A stretch of DNA of 64,000 bases from a virus: the IMG/VR virus record IMGVR_UViG_3300031977_002862, positions 1 through 64,000 of that record; one strand, given 5' to 3'. This document shows positions 38,972 through 49,018 of the stretch, in pieces (within the stretch, counting starts at the first letter, position 1; every line of letters begins with the position of its first letter). Below the pieces are notes generated by a model. The model worked only from the letters and a program-made list of their open reading frames with translations. It had not been told where the DNA came from and made no database searches. Both the position numbers and the translations under genes were made by a program.

Positions 38972-41900
38972 TAGATTTTACCTCCACCAGCATTAATTGC
39001 TGAGTCGTTCACTCCTTCGAGAAAGGTTTCTCCATATGTATTGGCGGCTTCTCGAATCATTGAGATAATATTTCCACGCTGAGTAGTCAGTGCATCATTG
39101 AAGCTTGAGGCATCAATGGCCTGAACATTAAAGTTGACATTGACAGGCTGAGCTTGCTTCATTTCATCATTTGGCACAATTCTTCCAGGAGTTTCTGGAA
39201 CGAAGAGTTCTGGACCCTGCTCTCCAACAACATATCCTGCTGTTGGTCCTCCTTCGGCGCGATACTTGGCACCCATGAAAGCAGAAGTGGGCATTCCGCC
39301 GATCTTTCTAGTATCTCCACCCCTTAGTCCTGCGAGTTCTGAACCTGTCGCCTGTTGTGCGACATCTACTTTATTGGATCTTTCCCCTACACTTATATTC
39401 CTAGGGACCGAGGTTCCTCCAGAACTAGAGCCTCCCTGATATGTAGTTGATGAAATAATAGCTAATTGAGCTGCGGTCAAAGCTCCAATAGCTGCTGCTA
39501 GTATAGGACCTAATATTGGACCTCCTTCTGCTAATGCTTTTACTATCGCTAAAGATCCTTGTATTACGGCTTCCGCCATACTAATCTTTTTATTTTGTTC
39601 AAACTGCTTTCTTTTAGCTCTATCCTTTTTCTTTTCAAGAGCTTGAATTTTTGATAAACTTTCCTTTGATTTTCCGTCTCGTTTTTTCTCAGCCTCAATC
39701 TCTTTGTCAATTCCTGCAATTCTTGCCTCGCTCGAAGCCGCCATGATATTTCCTATTGAAGATACTATAGCTCCGACTGCTGCTATCTTATCTGCAGCAG
39801 TATTTGTTTCTTTTGACAATTCTATAAAGGCGGAAGACATTACAAGAGTTCCTTCGCTTATAGCTGCAACAAGCTCTCCGTTAGGACCTAGCTCTCTTAG
39901 CTTATTCAGCATAGGCTGAATACCTTCTAAAGTTGCATTTATAAAAGCTTGTTTAAGGCTTTTTCCAGCATCTTTTGCTTTACTTTTTGCTTTTTCTAAT
40001 GCTTCTTCTAGCTTAGCTATTTCTTCAGCGGAGTCTCCCATTCCACGACCAATAGCTAAGTCTATTTTTGCTCCAGCAACTTCTTTGTCAGCAGATTCTT
40101 TATCTCTTCCAGCTACCTCTATAGTAGCTTTGCCTCTTGTTATTCCCTCTCCTACTTGATTTATAAATTCGGCAGTTTTTGTAAATCCTGGAGAATCTTG
40201 TTCCGCTCTTTTTCTCAGAACTTGCTCTTCTAGTTCCAGTCTTTTTAAAGCTAGATCATACTCCTTTTTGGCGGCTTCTTGTGCCGCAGACCTTCCTTCA
40301 CTTAATAGTTGAGAAATTCTACCAGTATTTGAAAGCTCTACACCGTTCGCTTTAGCTTGTGCCTTAATAATCTCAAACTTTGCTTCTAACAAATCATATT
40401 CTAGGTCGATGGCTTTTGTTTTTAAATTAAACTCTTCTAGCAATATTTTCTTTCTGTTTTCTTTTTCTTTTAAGAAAAAGTTTAATTCTTCAATTGGAGA
40501 AAGCTCTTCTGAACCTGTGTCTGCTAATCTTTGAAGTTTATACTGTACACGAGCAAGCTCCATTTCTGCTTCTAAAGTAGCTTTCTTAGAGGCGAAAATC
40601 TTTTGCTCTAACCCAAGTATTTCTTGTTTGGCTTTTAGTTGCTCTTGATTGACTCTTGCTGTTATTTCTTCTTGGGAAATTCTTTCTTTTCCTTTTGCAA
40701 TAATTTGAGCATCAATTTGATCGATTCGTTCTTTTTGAGCTTCAGAAAGATTTAAAAGATCATAACCTTCTCTTTCGGTTTCGAGTTTTTCAATTTCTCT
40801 GTCAATAATAGTATTTGTAAGATCTAAAGATTTTTCTAAAACTAGAGGTTGGTTATTTACAAATTTATTTAAGTTTTTTTGGTCCGTTTGAAGACCTTTA
40901 ATCTCAGAACCTATAGTTTGGTAGGTGGACACAACTCCATCTAATTTTTCTTGTAGAGATTCGAGTCTTTTTACATCTGTGTCTCCAGTAATAAATCCCT
41001 CAGAGGCAAGCTTTTGTAGATATTCAGCAGAACCGGCTGCTTGCTCAAAAAAGGCGTCTATGCCTATACCTCCTACTTCAGAAGCTGCTTTGGCTTCGTT
41101 TAAGAAACCCTGAAGTCCTTCAGTGGCTCTATCAAAAGGAGTAGAGGACTTATCTCCGGCCGCCCTTGCAGCTTTTGTAAAATTAGCATAGGAGGCTGCT
41201 GCATTATCTATAGCGTCTGTAAATGCTTTTTCTTTTTTTCTAAGACCCTCTAAAAAATTTTCTATCTGTTCTGCGCTTAGCTCTGCTCCTGCATCTAATC
41301 CGTTTTTTACTATCTTTAAAGATTTAACCTGTGTAGCCATTAGGGAGGATAAATTCTCATTGTCACCAATTCGGTCGATGGCTCGTTGTAAAATTTGCGA
41401 GGCGGCCTGTCTTCCAGCAGCATCTAAAGTATCTCCTTTAGAGAGTAAAGAATCAATATTCTCCTCTATTCTTTTTAGCTCTTTGTCTATGCCGACTACG
41501 CCGACGCCGCTCACTGCTAGTGCGTAGGCTTGGGCGAAGAATCCTGCATCTCCTGAAAGATTTAAAAAGTCTTCTCGAAGTTTAGCTATTTGTTGTGTCC
41601 TTGATTCTTTTATAGCCACTCCTAAAGAGCTAATCCCGTCTTTTACTTGCCCAATAATATTTACCAATACTCTTGATTTTCTTGTAAAATTTTCTGTCTC
41701 AGAATTTGAGTCTTTTAAAGCTTTTCCCAGCTCATAAGAAATATCCGAAAAAGAATCAAAACTCTTTGCGGCAGAATCCGCAGCTTGTTGAACTTTTGAT
41801 TTTTCAAATAAACCTTTCAATAGGGGGAAGAGTAAAGAACCGATACTTAGAATTTGCCCTATTATAGGAATAAAATTTAAAAAAGCTCTTCCGAGAAGAA

Positions 41901-43395
41901 TAGCTCCATTCCTGGCAACAGTAAGAGAAGTAGATAAAGTATTTACTAGACCGGTAACCTGTCCGATTTTTTTGCCTTGTTTTCCTATACTGGCAAAGGC
42001 GACGCCAAAACCGCCAAATGCGCCAGTTTGATCTATTTTTTGCAGAGAAGCGGCTTGCAGGCCAGCTAAACGAGACTTTGCTCTCTTTGCTTCGCCTTTT
42101 GCTCCTAAAGTAAATCTCCTGTTCTCAGCCGCTATCAGTTGCTCCGTAGCAATACGAAGCTGACGAATTTGATCAAGTTCTGCTTGTTTTTGTACCTTTT
42201 TCTCGGCGGAATGGTTTTTGAGAGCAACTTGTCTTAATTGTTCTGATTTTTTAAGATTTTTAACAGCAGTTGTTAAGTCTTTGGCACTCAGAGTGCCTGC
42301 TCTCATCTGGTCTTCTAAAAGCTTTACACTTTTTGGTGCAGCAGCGAAAGTTGGTAAACTTTTTGCTTGTTTAGTATATTCTGCGGCTTGTTTTTTTACA
42401 GAGCCTATAGTTTCTTGTAAAGCTACTCTAGCTAAAAGTCTTTGTCTTTCTATAGCAATATTTATTGCGGGAACGATTTTGTCAATAATTGAGGAAGCAA
42501 AAAGTGCCAAAACACCAGCCAAAGCAGTAGGTGTTTCCGAAAGAAAACGAATTAGAGGAGTCAAAACATTGTTAGCAAGTTTAAGACCAGTATCACTTAA
42601 CTCCCTAAAAGCTGCTGCTAACTGGTCATAGGGATTCGGATCTACAGATTGAGAAATGTCTCCAAATTTCTTTATACCTTGAGTAATAGTTGCATTTAAA
42701 AATGCTTGCCTTCTTTCTGCTTGAGTAAGTTGTTTTGGAAGCTTTCCAAGGCTGTCCGCATAGTCGCTGACAGCATCGTCAAGACGAACCATAATACCTA
42801 ATTCATCTAAAATTTCTGGCTCTAACTTAGCTGTACCTCGTACTAACCTATTCAGAGCATCTTCTAAATCTCTTCCAAGAGCTAATGAAGCTCCTTTTGC
42901 TACTTTGGTAAGCTCTTCAATTTGAGAAGACTCAAAACCAGCACTTGTTCCAAGTGCCACAGCTTCTAAAGATGCCCTTGTTGAAATAGCGTCTCCGGTA
43001 ATTTCTTTTAATTTGTCAGAAATAAATCCTAAATTTTTACCGGCAACTGTACCTGTTCTTTCTAGCCCCTGTTCTAACTGAGTTAATGCTGCATTTTGGC
43101 GAAGAACATTAAAAGCGGCAGAAATTGCAAATACGTTTGCCGCTAAGGTTGCATAAGCGGGTACTAAACCGCCCTCGATTGTTTGTGCTTGTTTTGCGAA
43201 AGCTTTTGTAGAGTTAGAAGTAATTTGGGCGGTGCCCTTCTCCTGTCTCTGATAAGCATTAGTTTTCTTAGCTTGAGTATCTCTAGCAGCAGTCTGCTTA
43301 TTGATAGATTTAGTAACTCCATCAATCTGCTTCTGAACTACTTTTATGTTTTTACCTTCGAGTACTACCTCTAGTAAAACTGAACTATCTGCCAC
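38971..43395 (-). CDS. Tape measure protein (T5 pb2-like)
   Basis: 1,474 aa helical; YATLAANVFAISAAF, KLEPEILDELGI, hydrophobic segments, C-terminal YVVGEQGPELFVP. Confidence 0.92.
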   Translation of the reverse strand: MADSSVLLEVVLEGKNIKVVQKQIDGVTKSINKQTAARDTQAKKTNAYQRQEKGTAQITSNSTKAFAKQAQTIEGGLVPAYATLAANVFAISAAFNVLRQNAALTQLEQGLERTGTVAGKNLGFISDKLKEITGDAISTRASLEAVALGTSAGFESSQIEELTKVAKGASLALGRDLEDALNRLVRGTAKLEPEILDELGIMVRLDDAVSDYADSLGKLPKQLTQAERRQAFLNATITQGIKKFGDISQSVDPNPYDQLAAAFRELSDTGLKLANNVLTPLIRFLSETPTALAGVLALFASSIIDKIVPAINIAIERQRLLARVALQETIGSVKKQAAEYTKQAKSLPTFAAAPKSVKLLEDQMRAGTLSAKDLTTAVKNLKKSEQLRQVALKNHSAEKKVQKQAELDQIRQLRIATEQLIAAENRRFTLGAKGEAKRAKSRLAGLQAASLQKIDQTGAFGGFGVAFASIGKQGKKIGQVTGLVNTLSTSLTVARNGAILLGRAFLNFIPIIGQILSIGSLLFPLLKGLFEKSKVQQAADSAAKSFDSFSDISYELGKALKDSNSETENFTRKSRVLVNIIGQVKDGISSLGVAIKESRTQQIAKLREDFLNLSGDAGFFAQAYALAVSGVGVVGIDKELKRIEENIDSLLSKGDTLDAAGRQAASQILQRAIDRIGDNENLSSLMATQVKSLKIVKNGLDAGAELSAEQIENFLEGLRKKEKAFTDAIDNAAASYANFTKAARAAGDKSSTPFDRATEGLQGFLNEAKAASEVGGIGIDAFFEQAAGSAEYLQKLASEGFITGDTDVKRLESLQEKLDGVVSTYQTIGSEIKGLQTDQKNLNKFVNNQPLVLEKSLDLTNTIIDREIEKLETEREGYDLLNLSEAQKERIDQIDAQIIAKGKERISQEEITARVNQEQLKAKQEILGLEQKIFASKKATLEAEMELARVQYKLQRLADTGSEELSPIEELNFFLKEKENRKKILLEEFNLKTKAIDLEYDLLEAKFEIIKAQAKANGVELSNTGRISQLLSEGRSAAQEAAKKEYDLALKRLELEEQVLRKRAEQDSPGFTKTAEFINQVGEGITRGKATIEVAGRDKESADKEVAGAKIDLAIGRGMGDSAEEIAKLEEALEKAKSKAKDAGKSLKQAFINATLEGIQPMLNKLRELGPNGELVAAISEGTLVMSSAFIELSKETNTAADKIAAVGAIVSSIGNIMAASSEARIAGIDKEIEAEKKRDGKSKESLSKIQALEKKKDRAKRKQFEQNKKISMAEAVIQGSLAIVKALAEGGPILGPILAAAIGALTAAQLAIISSTTYQGGSSSGGTSVPRNISVGERSNKVDVAQQATGSELAGLRGGDTRKIGGMPTSAFMGAKYRAEGGPTAGYVVGEQGPELFVPETPGRIVPNDEMKQAQPVNVNFNVQAIDASSFNDALTTQRGNIISMIREAANTYGETFLEGVNDSAINAGGGKI

Positions 43396-43798
43396 GCGAT
43401 TTACTCTTCATCTTGTCGTATTCGCGTTTCAATCTCTCTTGTGAGATTCGAATCGCTTCTGCGTCAAGTCTTGATAATACTTCTAAAAGAAGTTCCTTAT
43501 CATCAATCTGATAGAGTCCCATCAAAATTGGTAGGTTTGTATAATCTTTTCCTATATAACCAATTTCTGGATAAACTCGATCACCTAAGAAATTAAATAT
43601 TTCAATACCGTCAACTATAATTTGCGGAAAATCTTCAATACCTGGAGGACATCTTTCTGGGTTTGGTTCTCTTCCGAGCTGTTCTTCCATTTCCAGATAT
43701 TTTTCTTTGGTCATTCCGACCGTATTATTCCTCTGCCACTGTTCGAAGCGTGTCCAAAGGGTCTCCTTTTCCTCCTCTGCGAAAGTTGGCAAGGTCAA
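43385..43798 (-). CDS. Tail assembly chaperone C-terminal extension (probably reached by frameshift)
   Basis: Overlaps the upstream chaperone in the +1 frame; only a TTG start; MTKEKYLEM.EQLG.EP...PP motif. Confidence 0.75.
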   Translation of the reverse strand: MTLPTFAEEEKETLWTRFEQWQRNNTVGMTKEKYLEMEEQLGREPNPERCPPGIEDFPQIIVDGIEIFNFLGDRVYPEIGYIGKDYTNLPILMGLYQIDDKELLLEVLSRLDAEAIRISQERLKREYDKMKSKSRGR

Positions 43799-44174
43799 AG
43801 ACCACCTCGTTTACCCAATTATCGAACTCTGTAGAGTTTTGAACTAATACTTCTGCCTGCTCTTTATCATACTCTAGTTCTGCTTCTTCATCTTGATTGT
43901 TTAGATCTACAAGAATAAGATCTTCGAGATATTTAAGCTTTAAGCCTTTCCAACCTTTAATAGTTGCTTGTGCAAATTCAATTACAAATTTATCTTCGTC
44001 AAGTTCTTCGACCATTTGTCGTGTTTTTCGGTCAAATTTTTGTGCAATACATCTTTTTCTCAGGTTTAAAAGTTCTTTTCTAGATAAATTACAAACCTCA
44101 ACCTGAAAGCCGGGACACCCAGGAAAGTCAAGCCATGCTGACTTGGTGTCAACCATCAAATCTTTTAATTTCAT
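43725..44174 (-). CDS. Tail assembly chaperone
   Basis: IKGWKGLK..YL, NS.EFDNWV...DLANF; upstream of the tape measure gene. Confidence 0.85.
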   Translation of the reverse strand: MKLKDLMVDTKSAWLDFPGCPGFQVEVCNLSRKELLNLRKRCIAQKFDRKTRQMVEELDEDKFVIEFAQATIKGWKGLKLKYLEDLILVDLNNQDEEAELEYDKEQAEVLVQNSTEFDNWVNEVVFDLANFRRGGKGDPLDTLRTVAEE

Positions 44175-44182
44175 TAAATCTC

Positions 44183-45103
44183 CTAATACGTGAAATAAGT
44201 ATTTAAGTCTGTTGGGTTCGTCATAAGACGAAAATCATAGTTCTGTGAGAAAATATCTCCAAAGGTGGCGCGATTAGTAAAAGAACAGGCGTTATTCATT
44301 TCTACATCAAGTTGTAGGTTTGAAGCTGATAAGCCTGCTCGAATACGAACACTTGTACTTTCCTGCCATGTTAATAAGTTATTCACAGATTGAGCGTTGG
44401 TGCTATCAATATATTGACTAATACTTCCTCCAAGATTTCTACTTTGTAATGTAAAATTTGAGGGAAAAATTGTGTTGGACGCATTTGTAACCGCTTTTGT
44501 TGAATGTACGGTTTCATTTCTTGTCCAGTCTATATTGTTTTGCAGCTCTAAAGACGCTCCTTGAATATTGTCTAAATTACTTCCAGCAACTGAAACTATA
44601 AACTCTTTTGAAACAGCGAAAGATGGTGTTGAATCATAACTTCCATCGGTATTCGACCAGCTCGCCTCTGTTCTCGTAAGTTTAGTTCCTTGACCATTTA
44701 AGGCCACGGTCATTATTCCTGCACGAGGAATATTGAAAGTTCCACCAGTAAAGACAGCATTCTCTATTTTATAGTATACTGGAGTACTATTGTTCTCATA
44801 TACAAAATATAGATTAAACTGCTTTAAAGTATTGCCTGAATAGTCTATTAGCAAATCCAAGGGCAAATGTTGGTGTACGGAAGCTTCATCTAACATATAC
44901 AATGTGAATGAAAAATCCGCAGGGTTTGCTTTCTGAATAAGGGAACCTTCGAACAAGTTATTTGGAGCGTGCAAAGTTCTTTTTGCAACGCCTTCTTGTG
45001 CGAAAGTTTGGGAGAAAGTGACATCTCTCATCGTATGGAGAAGGTAGAACGTGCTTGAATACTCTAACCAAACACGCCCTTCTCTTAATAGTTCAAAAGT
45101 CAC
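44183..45103 (-). CDS. Minor tail/baseplate tube protein (T5 p140-like)
   Basis: VTFSQTF...RTLH, KANPADFSF; between tail tube and chaperones. Confidence 0.78.
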   Translation of the reverse strand: MTFELLREGRVWLEYSSTFYLLHTMRDVTFSQTFAQEGVAKRTLHAPNNLFEGSLIQKANPADFSFTLYMLDEASVHQHLPLDLLIDYSGNTLKQFNLYFVYENNSTPVYYKIENAVFTGGTFNIPRAGIMTVALNGQGTKLTRTEASWSNTDGSYDSTPSFAVSKEFIVSVAGSNLDNIQGASLELQNNIDWTRNETVHSTKAVTNASNTIFPSNFTLQSRNLGGSISQYIDSTNAQSVNNLLTWQESTSVRIRAGLSASNLQLDVEMNNACSFTNRATFGDIFSQNYDFRLMTNPTDLNTYFTY

Positions 45104-45169
45104 TAGGGGATCTCCTCGACAATCTCCTTATAGAGAAACGGGGGAAACTATTTTCCCCCAAGTCTCATA

Positions 45170-45198
45170 ATTATATCTAACGAGTAGTAAATTGTCAA
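45170..45198 (-). promoter_or_regulatory. Consensus sigma70 promoter
   Basis: Minus strand AAAAAATAATTC-TTGACA-17 bp-TATAAT. Confidence 0.88.
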
Positions 45199-45217
45199 GA
45201 ATTATTTTTTGGTATGC

Positions 45218-46429
45218 TTATGCCTTATAAATAATCGTGGCTTCGTTGGTTGAATCAACATTGCCATCTGCTACCTGACCGTGGAAAGCGACTTCCAGCG
45301 TAAGCAAATCTTCAACATTAATTACAGGCACTTCGAGGTGTGCTGTGGGAAGGTCGAAAGCAATACGAGGAGTATTTGTGGTTTCGCCTCCAATATTTAC
45401 AGTCATATCGAATACGTTTCTGACTGTTGAAGTATCGCTCACTAAGTCTGCAAAAAGTTCTCCTGATTTACTCTGGTTGGTATCATTATCAAGATAACAG
45501 GTTAGAGATCCTGAAATTGAACGAGCACCAGTAATATTTGCAAGAGGAGCATTTACAACACCGAGTTCCTCCGGAGTGAGGTAGGTGATGTTATTTTCCA
45601 TAGAAATACTTCCACCGGTAAGAACAATACTGTAAACATCTTGAATATTATCGGGAGAAGTTGATTCATTCAAACCAGCATCAGGTGAGCCAATAAACTT
45701 ATCGTTTCTTACGAGAGAAAGTGTTGAGATTCGGTTACGAATAAAGTTTGTTGTATCAGTAAGACCATTTGAAATTACTTTATCAGGAGAAGTGTTACCA
45801 AGCTCATCAGGTTGAGTTAGTCCTTCATCTGAAATTTGCTTTGCAAAACCGCTCCACTGAAGAGTTGCAATTCCATCGATATCAAAATCCATCGTAATAG
45901 AGTTTACGACGGCACTCTGAAGTTTATAGTACTGTTTATTGTCCCCATCTTCAAAAGCAAACCAAATATCCCAGTTATCGGGCATCGATGAAACATTTGA
46001 CTGGCTAAAATCAAATGTGTTTGTTGAATCAAGAGCGGGACTTTGATCTACTAAACTATTTACAGCGTTGCCGCCCTTTTTAAATACTTCGTTATTTGTA
46101 TCCCACGTATCAGCACCTACAAACATGGCCCATAAAGACTCTTCTACAGCGTGACATTTTGAGTCATTATCCGGACTAGAAGTTGAGTCAAAAGGTCGAG
46201 CATAAGTACTCATTGACCATTCTACAGGGGCCAAACTGTCATTGAAGAGCAGTCTTGCTCGTCGTGAAGTTGTTCCTGCTTCATTGATCGTAATTTCTGA
46301 AGAATTAATTGATTGCGTAAAAGAAAAGCCATCAAGTACAGAAAGTTTCCATGATTGTACATGATTTCCTGAACTGGCGTCTCTCAACGAAACGTATACT
46401 TCTGCATTTCTTGTAAATTGTAATGCCAT
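45218..46429 (-). CDS. Major tail tube protein (T5 pb6-like)
   Basis: VLDGFSFTQ, FNDSLAPVEWSMSTY.RP, FDIDGIA, NNITYLTPEELG.VN.P. Confidence 0.9.
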   Translation of the reverse strand: MALQFTRNAEVYVSLRDASSGNHVQSWKLSVLDGFSFTQSINSSEITINEAGTTSRRARLLFNDSLAPVEWSMSTYARPFDSTSSPDNDSKCHAVEESLWAMFVGADTWDTNNEVFKKGGNAVNSLVDQSPALDSTNTFDFSQSNVSSMPDNWDIWFAFEDGDNKQYYKLQSAVVNSITMDFDIDGIATLQWSGFAKQISDEGLTQPDELGNTSPDKVISNGLTDTTNFIRNRISTLSLVRNDKFIGSPDAGLNESTSPDNIQDVYSIVLTGGSISMENNITYLTPEELGVVNAPLANITGARSISGSLTCYLDNDTNQSKSGELFADLVSDTSTVRNVFDMTVNIGGETTNTPRIAFDLPTAHLEVPVINVEDLLTLEVAFHGQVADGNVDSTNEATIIYKA

Positions 46430-46476
46430 TATTTATCTCCGAAGAGAAGATTATCTTCTCATCTTAACCTAAAAGG

Positions 46477-46929
46477 TTAGTATCGAACTTCGCAAATGAT
46501 CTCCCCAACTGCTAGAGGTTCGAGAGCACCCTCATCGGTGTCCAAGCTCAAGATTGTTATCTGCTGAACACTTTGAGTATTTCCGTCCTGGTCCTTGTAA
46601 GAGAGACCTGCGTTGTCTTCTAATACTGTTTCAATATCTTCAAAGAGCTTTTCAAGTGCGAAAATTGCATTTTCTTCTTGAACATAAACTCGAAGAGTAA
46701 CAGTTAGAAATCTGTCTTTGTAGCCTCCTCCTTGGTATTGTCGAGTCTCAGATCCAGCACTTACATGAACCGCTGGAAAATCCTCTACTTCATCCCAAAA
46801 CTTTAATCGAGGAAGTACATTATTATATAAGTTTGTCCTATAAGGAGAATTGCCGTTAATTAACTTTAGCTTCTCTTCTAGGGCTCGGACAATGGCCATT
46901 CTACGTGTACTATAGTCTCTTGTGGCCAT
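46477..46929 (-). CDS. Tail terminator protein (T5 p142-like)
   Basis: LKFWDEV.DFP, E.R.Y, TDEG.L.P..VGEI...VRY. Confidence 0.82.
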   Translation of the reverse strand: MATRDYSTRRMAIVRALEEKLKLINGNSPYRTNLYNNVLPRLKFWDEVEDFPAVHVSAGSETRQYQGGGYKDRFLTVTLRVYVQEENAIFALEKLFEDIETVLEDNAGLSYKDQDGNTQSVQQITILSLDTDEGALEPLAVGEIICEVRY

Positions 46930-48350
46930 TAAACTCTCCTAGTATAAAATCTTGCTGTCAATAATTCTGCCGCTATCTCTCTTATAGATTTATCTATTAA
47001 TTTCCTTGGATCTCTGTCTACTGTTGCCCAAGGAGGTTTTCCGGCCCCTTTCTCAAAAATCTGATAAGGATTTTTTCTATAAGTATATCCAATACTTGGA
47101 AAGCCTCTTGCTGTTTGTGAAATATCTGTTACTCTAACACTCTCTGCGAATCTTCCAGTTTTATTCTCTAGTCCTGGGGCTCCCATATTGTTTTTTACAG
47201 TTCTTGGTAGCTTTTGATTAATTAAAGCTATCATAGAAATATTGCTAGCTGCGGAAGATTTTTTAGGTCCTGGAGCTTTGAGTCCTTTCAGTGCCCCAAG
47301 CTGTAAATTTTTTGGTTTTACTTTTTTTACTTTTTTATTAGCTTTTTTAGTTTCTTTTGCCGTTTTAGTTAAATCTATTTTAAAATTATCGCTTTTAACT
47401 TTTACATTTTTTCTTCGAACTATTTTAGTATCAAACCTTTCTATTACTTTTTTTCGCTCTACGTCTATTCTGGTATCTGAGCCAGGCCTTTTAGACAAAC
47501 TCTTAGATTTATCTACTTTTAATAGAGCGTTTCGTAATCTTTGTAAAGCATCTCTTTTAAAAGAGGCTTCAGTTGTTGTACCGTATAACCTATTATAATA
47601 TTCTGATTCAAAACCAACTTCTAATGTTTCTTTTTCTTTAGTAGCCTTCTTTTTTACGAAAAAACCTAACCCTAAATTTCTGATGTCTTTTTCAGTTATT
47701 TTATTATCTTGCTTAGCTCTTTGATTGTATGTATTAATTCTGCTGCTTAGTTGTGAACTGGCCCTGCCAACCTGCTGCTCTACAACAGAAGAACCTGCCC
47801 GATGTCCTAAATCTAAAAACTTCCCTGCTTGTATTTCTGAGCTTTGCGAGTTTTTAAAAGCATCGGGATCTATACTCTTCAAAACTGTATTTAAGTTTTT
47901 TACTAAAGTGTCTTTTCTACTAGAGAATAAATTTTTTATCGCATTGAAAACACTTTCAGGAGTATCTTTCCAGTAAACTCTTTCGTTTTTTTCAGCCTCT
48001 AAAACTTTTATTGCCCACGCCGACCTATTACCAACTACACGGGTATTAACATTAGATCCGTATTTTTTTCGTGCCTTCTCGTAGGTACCATTTACAAGAT
48101 TTCTTACATACTTATCTAAGGTTTCTTCAAATCTTTGATCGATTAAAACTCTAATATCTATTCTGTATGTCGGGGAGGTCAGTTCTCTAATAACTTGAGC
48201 CTTTACTCCGTTCACTGAAGATTTGAAAGTATGTTCTTTTAGGTCAGAATCCGTTTGTCTAAAACCATCTATGCCTTGTCTAGTATTAGAAGGTTTCTCT
48301 AACTCTGCTATAGTTTCTTCAAGTAATTTCTTTAAAAACCTTTTGCTCAC
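46929..48350 (-). CDS. Tail completion/neck protein (extended T5 p143-like)
   Basis: Basic; C-terminal M..P.L...TGRFA.SV, Y...PY..FE, RDPR.LI..SIREIA. Confidence 0.7.
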   Translation of the reverse strand: MSKRFLKKLLEETIAELEKPSNTRQGIDGFRQTDSDLKEHTFKSSVNGVKAQVIRELTSPTYRIDIRVLIDQRFEETLDKYVRNLVNGTYEKARKKYGSNVNTRVVGNRSAWAIKVLEAEKNERVYWKDTPESVFNAIKNLFSSRKDTLVKNLNTVLKSIDPDAFKNSQSSEIQAGKFLDLGHRAGSSVVEQQVGRASSQLSSRINTYNQRAKQDNKITEKDIRNLGLGFFVKKKATKEKETLEVGFESEYYNRLYGTTTEASFKRDALQRLRNALLKVDKSKSLSKRPGSDTRIDVERKKVIERFDTKIVRRKNVKVKSDNFKIDLTKTAKETKKANKKVKKVKPKNLQLGALKGLKAPGPKKSSAASNISMIALINQKLPRTVKNNMGAPGLENKTGRFAESVRVTDISQTARGFPSIGYTYRKNPYQIFEKGAGKPPWATVDRDPRKLIDKSIREIAAELLTARFYTRRV

Positions 48351-48955
48351 GTTCTATACATATCCAGCACTCTTCGAATATGGTCCGGAAATCCAGGATC
48401 ATTTCGTATTGCAGAGCTTCCTGCACCTTCACGAGTAGCTGAACCAATAGTTTGACGCTCTTTCCATTCGTCTTTATGGTAATAAGTTACCAAGTCACTA
48501 ATAGCTAATTTCAAATCTGAAGGAGTTTCTACATATCCGGCAGTATATACCACCTTTACAGCTCCTACTCCTTTCGGCCAATTTCTATACTGCCCGCTTT
48601 CATAAGTTCTAAAAATAGAATCGCTTACAGTATCAAGATACCAAGAATAATCTGCCGGGCTTCCTTCTCCCGCGCTAAATAATTCTTTATAATCGGCCGA
48701 TTGTGTAGCTCTCTCATATACATTTAAAACATTAATGACAGGGCTTTCTCTTAGTTGTACTACATAAGTATCCCACTGAATATTAAATAATTCTGTATAT
48801 CCAGGGGAGGCAGAATAAGTATCAAACTCATTACTACAATAAGTTCGGACAAGTTGACTTACACTCGTAATCAATGACTCAAACTTTTCGTCGTACTGAG
48901 TAGAGTTTACACCTTCAAATAACTTATACTCATCTAATGTAATTAAATCTGCCAT
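48347..48955 (-). CDS. Head completion / head-tail connector protein (T5 p144-like)
   Basis: LITLDEYK, VKVVYTAGY.ETP.DLKLA, FPDHIRRVLDMYR. Confidence 0.85.
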   Translation of the reverse strand: MADLITLDEYKLFEGVNSTQYDEKFESLITSVSQLVRTYCSNEFDTYSASPGYTELFNIQWDTYVVQLRESPVINVLNVYERATQSADYKELFSAGEGSPADYSWYLDTVSDSIFRTYESGQYRNWPKGVGAVKVVYTAGYVETPSDLKLAISDLVTYYHKDEWKERQTIGSATREGAGSSAIRNDPGFPDHIRRVLDMYRT

Positions 48956-48967
48956 GATTTCCTCAGG

Positions 48968-49001
48968 AAAAAGAGCTTGGGAGGCCCAGATGAACCTCCC
49001 A
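48968..49001 (-). terminator. Probable terminator after the capsid gene
   Basis: GGGAGG...CCTCCC stem followed on the minus strand by AAGCTCTTTTT. Confidence 0.55.
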
Positions 49002-49018
49002 TTCTCAATAAGTATCTA

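Noticed and set aside
45140-45159. Hairpin GGGGGAAA-CTAT-TTTCCCCC as a riboswitch or terminator
   Set aside because: It lies just downstream of the 45170 promoter with only a short U tract; more likely a 5' stabiliser, and its function cannot be supported.
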